A stretch of 64,000 bases of DNA from Candidatus Eremiobacteria bacterium (GCA_963737065.1 CAVTRC010000001.1:96001-160000), one strand, 5' to 3'; shown: positions 1-9,867, counted from the first letter of the stretch. Numbers and translations are program-made. Notes: generated by a model not told the origin, from the sequence alone.

Positions 1-544
1 CGCCATCATCGCGGAAGAAGCGAAGGACGCAGGAAAAGGCGTCATGCTGCATTTGCCGATGGAGACGCTCTCCGGCATGAATCCGGGGCCGGGCAAAGTC
101 ACGACCGAGATGACCGACGCACAGGTCGCTGCGCAGGTTGAAGATGACCTCGCACAAGTTCCACTTGCTGCGGGTGTGAACAATCACGAAGGAAGTAAGG
201 CGAGCGCCGACAAGCGCGTGATGAGCGACGTTATCGGCGTACTGAAGAAACGCGGCGACCTGTTCTTTATCGATTCACGCACGAATGCGGCGTCAGTCGG
301 CGAACAAATCGCGTCTGCCGACGGCGTTCCGACTGCGGCGCGCGACGTATTCGTCGACAACAGAGAAGACGTCGCATACTCCGAAGGGCAGCTGCGCGAT
401 GCCGAAGAGATTGCGAAACGAACGGGTAGCGCGATTGCGATCGGTCATCCCAAAGCAACGACGCTGGAAGCGGTCAAAGCAATGATTCCGCAATTTGAAG
501 CGGACGGCGTGCAATTCGTTCTCGCGCAGGACCTCACGCACTAA
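1..544 (+). CDS. Divergent polysaccharide deacetylase family protein (5' truncated by window)
   Basis: MLHLPME, GVNNHEGS, FFIDSRT, RDVFVDN and AIAIGHP motifs typical of the YibQ/DUF610 family. Confidence 0.85.
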   Translation, partial: AIIAEEAKDAGKGVMLHLPMETLSGMNPGPGKVTTEMTDAQVAAQVEDDLAQVPLAAGVNNHEGSKASADKRVMSDVIGVLKKRGDLFFIDSRTNAASVGEQIASADGVPTAARDVFVDNREDVAYSEGQLRDAEEIAKRTGSAIAIGHPKATTLEAVKAMIPQFEADGVQFVLAQDLTH

Positions 545-548
545 GGCG

Positions 549-917
549 TTACGACGCGGCGCTTTCGTTATTCATGCTAATCCAGCGTTCGGCCCAACGT
601 CCGAGCGCATCCATCGGCTCTTGCAATTCCGCGCCGGCGCACGTGAGTTCGTAGACGACTTTGATCGGTGAGCCCGACTCCACGTTGCGCGAAATCAGCC
701 CCTCGCTTTCGAGTTCGCGCAAGCGTTCCGTCAACAAACGATCGGAAATACCGGGGATCAACCCGAGAAGTTCGTTGAACCGGTGCGGTCCGGAGAGCAG
801 CACGCGAATGATCGCGCCGGTCCAGCGGCGGCCGACCAACTCGACGGCGCGGTGGAAACGCGGGCATAACGCACCGTTCGTATCTGCATCGTGGTGTGAG
901 CTTCGGCTGGTTGCCAT
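549..917 (-). CDS. HxlR-family winged-helix transcriptional regulator
   Basis: CP...ELVGRRWTGAII...RFNEL...ISDRLLTERLRELE...YELT pattern. Confidence 0.9.
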   Translation of the reverse strand: MATSRSSHHDADTNGALCPRFHRAVELVGRRWTGAIIRVLLSGPHRFNELLGLIPGISDRLLTERLRELESEGLISRNVESGSPIKVVYELTCAGAELQEPMDALGRWAERWISMNNESAAS

Positions 918-1049
918 CGTTCCGATACCCCCGATACGTCCTCACCATTGAGCTTACTCAAAGTCGCCTTCGACTTCAATGCGAGCCCGCATAACTGAAA
1001 TATCGGTCGTTGTTTCGACGCGCCGGGCGCTGTGCCATAGCGCGGGCCC

Positions 1050-1835
1050 TCATCGGTCGTGGTGGGCCAGCTCTGCGCGCAGCGCTTTGAGTTCGCTCAA
1101 CACGTCGGCCAACGAAGGCTCGCTGGACGTTCCTTTTTCACTGGCGTCCTGTCGCACGAAGAAGCTCGCGATTGCCGCGGTGATGTATCCGAAAATCGAG
1201 AACGCGAACACGGAAAGCAAGAAACACAAGACGCGGCCGCCCCATGTTTGCGGATAGTATGCCGAGCCCATCGTCGTCATGATCATCCCGGTCCACCACA
1301 GCGCATAGCCGTAGCTCGGGATTGCATCTTGGCCGTGCGGCTCAACCGCATATATGCCGGCTGCGCCGGCAAACGTGACGACCGTCGCGAGCAGTAAAAC
1401 GTACGCCATGCCGCGCCGGCGCATCGTCGTGCCGAGAACGCTGACCGTTCGATTGAGTCCGGTAAGCAATCGGAAGATCAGCACTTGCCAGGACGGCAGC
1501 AATGCGAGGACACGGGTCAGACGCAGAATGCTAAGCGCAGGAAGCATGAGGCTCAGCGCTACGAGCCAGTGGTGTTTGAGAAATGAAACCTTTTTAGGTG
1601 CGAGGATAAACCGGATGGCGAAATCTATGACGAAGATCGCCCAAATTGCAACCGTGAGATCGTTGCTCCACGCGCTGGATCCATAGATCAGCTGGACGAC
1701 GAGCAACGCGAGCCACGCGACGCCGAGAACGAGCATCGGGCGGTCCAGCATCCGGTCGATCTTGCGAAGAAGATGCAGTCGTTCTTTCGCGACCGTTCGG
1801 GGATGTGGGCTTGGGGAGGAAGCGCCAGTCGCCAT
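1050..1835 (-). CDS. Ion transporter / potassium channel family protein
   Basis: 6TM layout, S4-like LRLTRVL, pore helix YALWW...MTTMG; start set at ATG 1835. Confidence 0.8.
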   Translation of the reverse strand: MATGASSPSPHPRTVAKERLHLLRKIDRMLDRPMLVLGVAWLALLVVQLIYGSSAWSNDLTVAIWAIFVIDFAIRFILAPKKVSFLKHHWLVALSLMLPALSILRLTRVLALLPSWQVLIFRLLTGLNRTVSVLGTTMRRRGMAYVLLLATVVTFAGAAGIYAVEPHGQDAIPSYGYALWWTGMIMTTMGSAYYPQTWGGRVLCFLLSVFAFSIFGYITAAIASFFVRQDASEKGTSSEPSLADVLSELKALRAELAHHDR

Positions 1836-1854
1836 GCATCCTTTATTCCCGCCG

Positions 1855-2337
1855 CTACGCGCGCGGCGTGGGATAGGGCAGCGGCGTTCGTCGCGGAAGC
1901 GCCGAGCCGGTCCACACGGGCCGTGGCGTCGCGACGGGAGCCGGCGTAAACACCGCGCTCGGCGCGGCGGACGGCACCGAGCCGTTGTACGGCGTCGCCG
2001 TTGTGACGACGGCAGCGTACGGCGAGCGCACGACGATCCGGCCGAACGGCTGGTATTCGACGATTTCGCCGAGCGACCGGAGTACCGCAGCGAGCGGGAC
2101 ATACGCGTGGTCGAGCGCGTCCGGTTCGCGCGACGGAATTCGGACGATCACCGAACGTCCGTCCCGTACGATGATGAGGCTGTCACCGTCAAACCACATC
2201 GCGTCGGCAATGGTCGTCACGAACGGGCGTAGCGGAGCATAAACGCGGCCGGCGCTTTCGAACGCGCCTGTGTACGAACGCACCGTTCTGCCGTCGACGA
2301 CTACGGTCACCGGCGCTGCGGGTGGGAATACAGCCAA
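1855..2337 (-). CDS. Hypothetical protein, copper amine oxidase N-terminal (stalk)-like domain
   Basis: VVVDG...GRVYAPLR and AYVPLAAVLRSLG repeats; Pro-rich tail. Confidence 0.55.
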   Translation of the reverse strand: MAVFPPAAPVTVVVDGRTVRSYTGAFESAGRVYAPLRPFVTTIADAMWFDGDSLIIVRDGRSVIVRIPSREPDALDHAYVPLAAVLRSLGEIVEYQPFGRIVVRSPYAAVVTTATPYNGSVPSAAPSAVFTPAPVATPRPVWTGSALPRRTPLPYPTPRA

Positions 2338-2361
2338 GGCACAGCGATATTACCGCATCGA

Positions 2362-3225
2362 ATGGGACGAGTCATCTCCGCGCTCCGCGAAGCGGGCTTG
2401 CGGTTCTCACGCGACGGCTGCGCATTCCTAGCACAAGCAGTCGCGTTCAATGCGCTCTTTGCGCTTTTCCCGCTCGTCGTCCTCATTCTCACGGTCGCTT
2501 CCTACGTCTATCCGATGGCGCAGACGCGCGTCCTCAGCTTCTTCGATACGTTCAGTCCGACGCTCCATGAATTCGTTGCGGCGAACCTGCAATCGTACAT
2601 CTACGGTCGCGGCATCTCGAGCATCATCGCGCTCGGTGTGCTCGTGTGGTCGGGAAAGAACCTGTTCATGGGTCTTGCGTATGCGCTTGACCGCGCGCTC
2701 GGCGTGCCCAAAGGACGCCCGCTCATTCACAATATCGCGCTGTCGATCGTCATGCTTCCCGTGATGGCGTTGTTCTTGATGGTCGCAATGGCATTACCGG
2801 TTATTCTTTCGATTGCTATGTACGTCGCGGACGTTCCCGACCAGCAAAACCTCACGCATCTTGGAGCGTATCTCATCTCAATTGCGCTCGTCTTTACGGC
2901 AACGATGATTCTCTACCGGTTTTTGCCGAATCGCAGCGGGATGACGTGGGCGTTTTCCTTGCCGGGCGCAACGGTGGTTGCGGTGCTGTGGCCCGCCGTG
3001 CAGTTTGCGTTTTCGGAGTACACGATCCACGTGAACTTCACCGGGATCTACGGCGCGCTCTCGGTTCCGCTCGTGTTATTGCTGTGGTTTTACGTTATCG
3101 GCTCGACGTTTTTCTTCGGCGCCGAATTTTCAGCAGCGTGGCACGCGCATTCCGGCAAAGCCCGGATACCATTGGTCGTCGATCCGATCGAACCGATACG
3201 CGATACGACGACCACGACTGCCTAG
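2362..3225 (+). CDS. YihY/virulence factor BrkB family membrane protein
   Basis: AQAVAFNALFALFP, LYRFLPN, IYGALSVPLVLLLWFY. Confidence 0.9.
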   Translation: MGRVISALREAGLRFSRDGCAFLAQAVAFNALFALFPLVVLILTVASYVYPMAQTRVLSFFDTFSPTLHEFVAANLQSYIYGRGISSIIALGVLVWSGKNLFMGLAYALDRALGVPKGRPLIHNIALSIVMLPVMALFLMVAMALPVILSIAMYVADVPDQQNLTHLGAYLISIALVFTATMILYRFLPNRSGMTWAFSLPGATVVAVLWPAVQFAFSEYTIHVNFTGIYGALSVPLVLLLWFYVIGSTFFFGAEFSAAWHAHSGKARIPLVVDPIEPIRDTTTTTA

Positions 3226-3926
3226 TGGCCCAACTCATCTTCATTCACGGCGCGGGATGCATGCCGTCGGTCTTCTCGCAGCAACTTGCCGCGTTTCCGG
3301 ACGCGATCGCGCCGCCGTTACCCGGTCACGGCGTGCCGGGCGAACCATCATCGATCGGGGAATTCGCGGACGCAATCGCGCTGATGCTCGAATGCAACGG
3401 TGTGCACGACGCCGTGCTCGCAGGGAGTTCCATGGGAGGCGCGATTGCGCTCGATCTCGCGCTGCGCCGCAATCCGCGCGTGCGCGCAGTCGTCCTGCTG
3501 GGTTCGTCGGCAAAGTTGCGTGTTGCGCCGGCCATTTTTGATGCGATCGATCGCGACTTTGCGCAAGCGGCGCATATGCTGGCACGCTACTTTTATGCGC
3601 GGCCGACCGAGGAGCTGCTCGAACGATCCGTTGCACAGATTCTCGCGGTCGGCGCGGCGCAGACGCGGCGCGATTTCGAAGCATGCAACCGGTTTGACGT
3701 GCTCGACCGCCTCGGTGATGTCAACCTGCCTCTACTGGTGCTCAGCGGCGAGAACGACGCGATGGTGCCGCCGAAGTTTGCACTTTCAGTCGCTGACCGG
3801 GTGCCGGGTGCGCAATCGCGAATATTTGCCGGAACGGGACACTTGCTCTTCATCGAGCGGCCCGACGATACGAACGAAGCGCTTCGCACGTTCGTTAGCA
3901 GTATTGACTCGTCGTCCACGAAGTAA
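3225..3926 (+). CDS. Alpha/beta fold hydrolase
   Basis: IFIHGAG, LPGHG, GSSMGG nucleophile elbow, GHL; GTG start overlaps upstream TAG. Confidence 0.9.
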   Translation: MAQLIFIHGAGCMPSVFSQQLAAFPDAIAPPLPGHGVPGEPSSIGEFADAIALMLECNGVHDAVLAGSSMGGAIALDLALRRNPRVRAVVLLGSSAKLRVAPAIFDAIDRDFAQAAHMLARYFYARPTEELLERSVAQILAVGAAQTRRDFEACNRFDVLDRLGDVNLPLLVLSGENDAMVPPKFALSVADRVPGAQSRIFAGTGHLLFIERPDDTNEALRTFVSSIDSSSTK

Positions 3927-3935
3927 AGGAGTGCC

Positions 3936-4976
3936 GTGCGCCGCACCTTCGGTATCGTTTTGTTGTGCTCGAGCCTAGCGCTGATAGCGGCTGCGCCGCC
4001 GTCACCACAGCCCGTGCCGCTGCCGAAGCCGTCGCCAAGCGTTGCGCCCCTCTCGCCGTCCACGCCGGCAGCAGCCACACCGACGGTCGTGGTGTACCCG
4101 TTCCAGACGCCCTCAGACGTCGACGTGCGCACCGGCCAGGCGATCGCGCAAATCTATTCGCAGGTCATGGCGCAGGCCGGCGGCTTGAACGTGCTGCCGA
4201 TTCCGCAAAAGATCAAGCAAGAAGACTGGGCCAAGTACGCGCATTCGCAACGCGCCGACTACTACGTCAGCGGGTACGTGCAGCCGATCGGTAGCGGGGC
4301 GGCGATTGTTGCACGCGTCGTCGACTCCAACACGGACATCGCCGTCTATTCGGCTACAACGCAAATTCAAAGCGTCCCCGATATCGCGTCACAAGCGCTC
4401 ACCGCGCGCACGGTTGTGCTTCAAGCCGCGGGCGTGGATCGGCCCGACGTGGTTCGCGAAGGAAAATCAACGCCGGCGCCCGCAGCATCCGGACAAGGCG
4501 CATCGTACAACGTCACCAGCGTGTTGAGCCAGCTCGGCAGCGTCTTCAAGCACGGCGCGAAGAGTGTAGCGGCAGCCCCAACGCCTGCACCGGTTGCGAA
4601 GCCGCCGATGGCCGTCATCGTCGCGCGCCTAAGCGGTGATGCACCGTCAAGTGACATCAGCGTCGCGACGGATGACTTGTTTCGCGCGATGAATGCGTTC
4701 TATAAGACCTCGATGACGCACGCAACATCATCGAATTTTCCGAAGCAAGCCGACTCGATCTGCGGCGCGAATCGCCAAAACACGATTGCATCCGGCGTGT
4801 TGAACGCCTCACACGTCGGCGGACTCCATCCCCACGATTCGTACACGTTCACGCTGAACGTCTACACCTGCTTCGGCGCCGTTCTCTACACCAACACCCA
4901 AACGGACGACGATAAGCGCAAAGCCGTGCAAGACGCCGTGGCCGCCTATGTAAAGGATCACCCGCAGAACACGTAG
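3936..4976 (+). CDS. Secreted hypothetical protein (possible TolB-N/CsgG-like fold)
   Basis: Signal peptide, Pro-rich linker, AGGAG RBS. Confidence 0.6.
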   Translation: MRRTFGIVLLCSSLALIAAAPPSPQPVPLPKPSPSVAPLSPSTPAAATPTVVVYPFQTPSDVDVRTGQAIAQIYSQVMAQAGGLNVLPIPQKIKQEDWAKYAHSQRADYYVSGYVQPIGSGAAIVARVVDSNTDIAVYSATTQIQSVPDIASQALTARTVVLQAAGVDRPDVVREGKSTPAPAASGQGASYNVTSVLSQLGSVFKHGAKSVAAAPTPAPVAKPPMAVIVARLSGDAPSSDISVATDDLFRAMNAFYKTSMTHATSSNFPKQADSICGANRQNTIASGVLNASHVGGLHPHDSYTFTLNVYTCFGAVLYTNTQTDDDKRKAVQDAVAAYVKDHPQNT

Positions 4977-4980
4977 GTCG

Positions 4981-7536
4981 ATGGAGCGCGATCCTTACGG
5001 CCCGTTCGTCGGAAGACGTGAAGAACTAGCGTCGCTCGAGCGCGCGCGTCGCGATTCACATCGGTACGGTCAATGTGTGATCGTCGCGGGTGAGCCGGGC
5101 ATCGGCAAGTCCCGCTTGGTCAAACAGTTTCTCGCCAAAATTCCCGGTTCGCGTGCGGTTATCGGCGTTGGCCGCGCGATCGATCACGTGCGTTCGCCGT
5201 TCACTCCATGGATCGCGGCATTCGACGCCATATCAGCACCGGCCGCGCACGCAATGCGGACGGGTGAGGCGTCGCGCGGCAAGGATGCGCTGCACGCGGC
5301 GGTCATCGAATCACTGCGCTCGAGCGCGCAGACGCGCTCGACGATCGTTGTCTTGGAAGACGTCCATTGGGCCGATGCGGCTTCGATCGAGCTGCTGCAT
5401 GCGCTTCTCGCGCACGTTCAACGGATACGGCGACTGCAGATCATCGTAACGGTTCGGCCGTCCGAAGCGACCGATGCGGTCCGGCAACTGTTTACCAACG
5501 CGGCCGCGCGCATCTTGGATTTGCGTCCGCTCGAGCAACGCGAAACGCTTGTATTGGTTCGGATGCTGTTGCCCGCCGCGCAAGCGCAGTCGGTGCGCGC
5601 GCGGCGTATCGCGACGCTCGCGGGCGGTAATCCGTTCTTCGCAATCGAGCTTGCGAAGAACCGCGAGTCGAGCGAGATCCCGCTGACGCTCAGCACGGCG
5701 ATCGACGCTCGGATCGCGCAATTGGACGCGCCCGAGATCAGCGTTCTCGAGTCTGCCGCGATCGTGGGCGAGGAATTCGATCTTGAACTCGTCGCCGACA
5801 TCATCGAATCGACGCCTGCGATGGTGGCTAGACAGCTCGAACGGGCGCAGCGTAACGGAATCGTCACCGACGAAGCGGGCCGTTCGTTCCGGTTCGCGCA
5901 CGCGCTTACGCGAAGCGTTCTTGCCGCGCGGTTGACGTCCGCACAGCGGATCGCGTTACACGAACGAGCCGCTCGAGCGCTGGAACGGCGCGAGCGTTTC
6001 GATGCGCTCGGCTTCGCGCAGCTCGCATATCATTACGACGGCGCGCACGACCGCGTGAAGGCATACGGCTATCGAATGCGCGCCGGCGCTCTCGCTTATG
6101 CCGTTCACTCGCATATCGACGCGGCACGTTTCTATACCGACGCTGCCGAAAGCGCCGAGCCGGGGTCGCTCGAGCGCGCGCGCGCACTTGCGCGTGCGGG
6201 CGATGCGCTACATCGTGCGCCGTTGTTGCACGACGCCGACCAGGCGTATATCGAGGCGATCGGCATTTACCGGGCCGCCGGTGCCGTGGAAGATGCCGCA
6301 CGATTGTATCAAAGCCTCGGGCGCAGCCTGTTCAATCAAGACCGTTTTCGCGAGGCGCTCGCGCTAATGGAGCATGCGATCGGGGAACTCGACCCGCTGC
6401 CGGTCGATGTAGCGGACGAACTCGTCTTGGAGCTTGCAATGCAGGCCGCCGAAGTAGACGCCCAGTTGGCCAGACAATGGCTCGCGCGCGTCGACGAGCG
6501 ACGGGTACACGGAACGCACACCGGCGGATTGTACTTTGCGTTGTGCGCCGCCGTCGCAGCGACGCAAGGCGCCCTCGAAGATTTCCAGCATAACGTCAAA
6601 GCATTTCAAGACAACGTCGCGACGGTACATCCGAATGCGACGTATACGGCGCACTTCGGCAACCTTGCGGCGAACGCAATGTTTCTCGGGTTGCCGGCGA
6701 TGCCGTTGTACGAGCAGTGCTTCGCGATTGCGCGCGTTCATAAGTTGGACGTGTACGAAGCGGCGTATGCTTCGCACGCCGCGTTCGAACGTTGGCTGCA
6801 TGGCGATGATGCCGCATTTGCGCGGTTCGCCGATTTTGCAACCGGCCACGACGCTCCGATTCCGGCGCTCCACGCCTACGTGCTGCTCGCAACGTTGCTT
6901 CGTGACGGGCCCGTTCCGGACATCAACGACGTCGAACGTTTGATCGCAGTCGGTCATACCGAGTTTTTCGGCCCGCTCGCCGGAACATTCGCTCGTAAAC
7001 TGCACCGTTCGGGAGATTCGCGCGCGGCCGTTAGAATACTCGATGCTGCGGCAGAGCGTCTCACGTGGCCTTACGCCGCTTGGGAAACGCTCACGGCAAT
7101 GGCGGAATTCGGCAGCTCCGCCGCGCGGACGAAAGCCGAAGCGTTGACCGAGTCGCATTACGACGCGCACGCGCCGGCCTTTGCCGCAACGGCCGCAATG
7201 GTCCGCGCGCTCGCAGCGGAGCGCGACAACGATCTCGCGACGCGCGACGTCGCGGCGGCGCGCGCAGCGGGGCTCTATGCAACGATGGGTTGGGTCCGCC
7301 ACGAGCATCGCGCTCGCGAATTCGGTAAGCCGCCGGTCCGCGAAGAACGGTTTTCCAAGCGCGAATTGCAGATCGCGCAGCTATTGCAGCAAGGAAAAAG
7401 CAATCGCGCGATGGCGGCGGACTTGTTCATCAGTGAGAAGACGGTCGAAAAGCATCTGGCGCGGCTTTATGAAAAACTCCAGGTGAATAATCGCGCCGCT
7501 GCCGTGCGCGCGCTCTCCCAGCTCGAAGCAAAGTAG
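4981..7536 (+). CDS. LAL-type regulator: AAA ATPase + TPR-like + C-terminal LuxR HTH
   Basis: FVGRREEL, GEPGIGKS Walker A, LEDVHWAD Walker B, GGNPFF, C-terminal SKRELQIAQLL..GKSNR...LFISEKTVEKHL. Confidence 0.92.
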   Translation: MERDPYGPFVGRREELASLERARRDSHRYGQCVIVAGEPGIGKSRLVKQFLAKIPGSRAVIGVGRAIDHVRSPFTPWIAAFDAISAPAAHAMRTGEASRGKDALHAAVIESLRSSAQTRSTIVVLEDVHWADAASIELLHALLAHVQRIRRLQIIVTVRPSEATDAVRQLFTNAAARILDLRPLEQRETLVLVRMLLPAAQAQSVRARRIATLAGGNPFFAIELAKNRESSEIPLTLSTAIDARIAQLDAPEISVLESAAIVGEEFDLELVADIIESTPAMVARQLERAQRNGIVTDEAGRSFRFAHALTRSVLAARLTSAQRIALHERAARALERRERFDALGFAQLAYHYDGAHDRVKAYGYRMRAGALAYAVHSHIDAARFYTDAAESAEPGSLERARALARAGDALHRAPLLHDADQAYIEAIGIYRAAGAVEDAARLYQSLGRSLFNQDRFREALALMEHAIGELDPLPVDVADELVLELAMQAAEVDAQLARQWLARVDERRVHGTHTGGLYFALCAAVAATQGALEDFQHNVKAFQDNVATVHPNATYTAHFGNLAANAMFLGLPAMPLYEQCFAIARVHKLDVYEAAYASHAAFERWLHGDDAAFARFADFATGHDAPIPALHAYVLLATLLRDGPVPDINDVERLIAVGHTEFFGPLAGTFARKLHRSGDSRAAVRILDAAAERLTWPYAAWETLTAMAEFGSSAARTKAEALTESHYDAHAPAFAATAAMVRALAAERDNDLATRDVAAARAAGLYATMGWVRHEHRAREFGKPPVREERFSKRELQIAQLLQQGKSNRAMAADLFISEKTVEKHLARLYEKLQVNNRAAAVRALSQLEAK

Positions 7537-7549
7537 GGATTCTCCCCAT
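7532..7549 (+). promoter_or_regulatory. Putative LuxR/LAL operator copy 1 (AGTAGGGATTCTCCCCAT)
   Basis: 17/18 identical to 8021-8038; 22 nt upstream of -10-like TAGGCT (7572). Confidence 0.6.
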
Positions 7550-7584
7550 ACGCTCCCGGTTGCGTAGGGCGTAGGCTTTGCGTC

Positions 7585-8025
7585 ATGACGGGTTTGGATT
7601 TGCGACGACACGCGCCGCGCAGCCCATACGAGCGGCTTGACGGACTCGTATTCATGCCTCGCACGATCGATAAGATCCGTGCGACCCTACCGGGCGGCGA
7701 TCTCGGGCCGTATCTCATCACGCCGGGTCTGAGCAACATATTGCTCGCGATGATCGGCATTCCGCTCAACGCATTACGCGCTGTGGTGATCGTTGCGATG
7801 CATGACGATCAGATCGCTGCGTGGCTTCGTCACCACACGGACACCGCGCAGTACGAGCCCGTAAACCGCGTGCTGGCGTCGCGTCGCAATGCTGATGTCC
7901 CCACGGGCGAGCGCGATCACTTCGAATCGCTCTATCCGCAGTATCTGCGCGCGCAATACCCGGTGCTTTTCGATTTGCTCGTTGCCGACGATCGGGAGCT
8001 CTACCCGGCGCTGCAGCACGAGTAG
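7585..8025 (+). CDS. DUF5069 domain-containing protein
   Basis: DLRRHAPRSPYERLDGLVFMPRTIDKIRATLPGG.LGPY and FDLLVADD signature. Confidence 0.8.
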   Translation: MTGLDLRRHAPRSPYERLDGLVFMPRTIDKIRATLPGGDLGPYLITPGLSNILLAMIGIPLNALRAVVIVAMHDDQIAAWLRHHTDTAQYEPVNRVLASRRNADVPTGERDHFESLYPQYLRAQYPVLFDLLVADDRELYPALQHE

Positions 8026-8038
8026 GGATTCACCCCAT
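8021..8038 (+). promoter_or_regulatory. Putative LuxR/LAL operator copy 2 (AGTAGGGATTCACCCCAT)
   Basis: Repeat of the 7532 motif; 22 nt upstream of -10-like TACATT (8061). Confidence 0.6.
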
Positions 8039-8104
8039 CCCCGCCGCGATCGGAGTCCGCTACATTTCGTCTATCAAGAGCCCAGCTATTACATCCGAGG
8101 TGCA

Positions 8105-9076
8105 ATGATGTTCGATCGTACTCTCTTGCTTGCCGCCGCTTGCACATCTCTTTTTCTTGCCGCGTGCAGCGGCGGAACGGTGAGCGCGCCGCCGGCGCAA
8201 CCTTCGCACACTCCGCAACTCCATGCGTGGAGAACGCAAGCCGGCGCATCAGCCAACGAAGAAGCCTATCAAGGCTTGCAATTCTATCCGAATGCGCTGA
8301 CGGTCGATGCCGGCGATACCGTCATCTGGTCGTTTCCGGCGGGCGAGCCGCACACGGTGACGTTGCTCGGCCCGCGTTCCTCTCCGCCACCGCCGAACGA
8401 TCCAAGTGTTCAGCAACCTGCGGGCGGCGTCACGTACGACGGGAGCACGTACACCAGTTCCGGCTTTCTTGCAGCCGGGCAAACGTACTCACTGACGTTT
8501 ACGAAACCCGGCGTGTACACGGTGTACTGTCTGATTCACGGCGGGATGATGCAAACGATTACCGTGCAGCCAGCCGGTACCGCGTATCCGCAAACACAAG
8601 CGGATGTAGATTCAAAAGGCAGCTCGATGATTCAAAGCGACATGCGAATCGCCGCGAACGCCGTGACGGAATTTCCATACGGTCCAGGCGGAACGCACGT
8701 GGCGGCCGGAATTTCAGCGGGACTAGCAAACGCGAATCCGCCATCATCAGCGAGCGTCGTGCGATTCGTCGACGGCAAATCGTTGGAGCCGACAACGACC
8801 GTACCGGTCGGGGGGACGATTACGTGGACGAATCTGTCGAGCAACTTGCCGCACACGGTGACGTTCCCGGTGGCGGGACAAAATGCGCCCGCAATGCCGC
8901 CGTTCTCGCCGCCTGCCGGTCCGACGTCGTACGACGGTACGCAGCTGGTGAATTCGGGGGTGATGATGCCCGGGCAATCGTTTAGCCTCACGTTCACGAA
9001 AGCCGGAACGTACACGTACTATTGCCTCTTCCACGACGATCTCGAAAAGATGATCGGCACGGTCGTGGTGCAGTAA
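8105..9076 (+). CDS. Lipoprotein with two plastocyanin/azurin-like cupredoxin domains
   Basis: Lipobox LAAC; two PHTVT...YCxxHxx(xx)M type-1 copper ligand sets. Confidence 0.85.
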   Translation: MMFDRTLLLAAACTSLFLAACSGGTVSAPPAQPSHTPQLHAWRTQAGASANEEAYQGLQFYPNALTVDAGDTVIWSFPAGEPHTVTLLGPRSSPPPPNDPSVQQPAGGVTYDGSTYTSSGFLAAGQTYSLTFTKPGVYTVYCLIHGGMMQTITVQPAGTAYPQTQADVDSKGSSMIQSDMRIAANAVTEFPYGPGGTHVAAGISAGLANANPPSSASVVRFVDGKSLEPTTTVPVGGTITWTNLSSNLPHTVTFPVAGQNAPAMPPFSPPAGPTSYDGTQLVNSGVMMPGQSFSLTFTKAGTYTYYCLFHDDLEKMIGTVVVQ

Positions 9077-9090
9077 ACCGCGCTTCGATC

Positions 9091-9136
9091 TCATCCCGAG
9101 CGAACCGTGGCCGAGCGGGCTACACGCTCGGGATGA
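9091..9136. repeat. REP-like inverted repeat (12 bp stem TCATCCCGAGCG/CGCTCGGGATGA)
   Basis: Perfect 12 bp arms with 22 nt loop directly after the cupredoxin gene. Confidence 0.6.
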
Positions 9137-9229
9137 AAGCCGGACGTGCAATAATTTTCTCTTCGCGGGGCATACAAGGTACTCGAGGGTGTCTACGTAG
9201 TGCGGTCGGCCGCCGGAGGAGCAAGCACG

Positions 9230-9832
9230 ATGAGATTACGAGCAGCCCTATTGACGTTTGCATGTACAGCCGCGATGCTCGCACCGGCGCTGTCGGTCGG
9301 TCAAGTGGAAACGATGACGGTCGTCTCTCCCGCGAATTACACGAAGCACAGTTACCGTGGAAAGCCCGACCTCGGTTTGACGCTCGCGGTCATTGAAGCG
9401 GGCGGCGGCCCGGAGCACTTCGATAGCGTACGCCTATTTCGGGTTCTGGGAGGAGCGAACGCGCGTAGCGAGGCGGCGAAATTGCAGCACGAGTACGGCA
9501 AAGCAAGAATGGCGGCGTTCGAGCAAACGTTCACGTTCGCGATGCGCGACACGGTGAAGGTGTTCTCGCTCAACCACATAGCGCTACCCTCGCAGCCGAG
9601 CGTTTCTCCACATGACGGTCGGGCCATGGCAGTTGACGTCTATCGGGACGGGGTCATGCCGACGGGCAAATTCGACTGCGGCTACATGATGGAACATATG
9701 ATGACGCATCCCGTCCACATGATCCTTATGCACGATATCAATGATGCGCGCGATCAAGGTCCGTCGCACAATGCGAATTTTCACATCATCTTGACGCGGC
9801 TGATTGCCGATCTCCACCGCACGTACGCGTAG
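9230..9832 (+). CDS. Secreted hypothetical protein with Met/His-rich C-terminal helix
   Basis: GGAGG RBS, signal peptide, GYMMEHMMTHPVHMILMHD. Confidence 0.7.
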   Translation: MRLRAALLTFACTAAMLAPALSVGQVETMTVVSPANYTKHSYRGKPDLGLTLAVIEAGGGPEHFDSVRLFRVLGGANARSEAAKLQHEYGKARMAAFEQTFTFAMRDTVKVFSLNHIALPSQPSVSPHDGRAMAVDVYRDGVMPTGKFDCGYMMEHMMTHPVHMILMHDINDARDQGPSHNANFHIILTRLIADLHRTYA

Positions 9833-9867
9833 GTAGCTTACCGCGCAGCCGCCTCGCAGTCGTCGAA

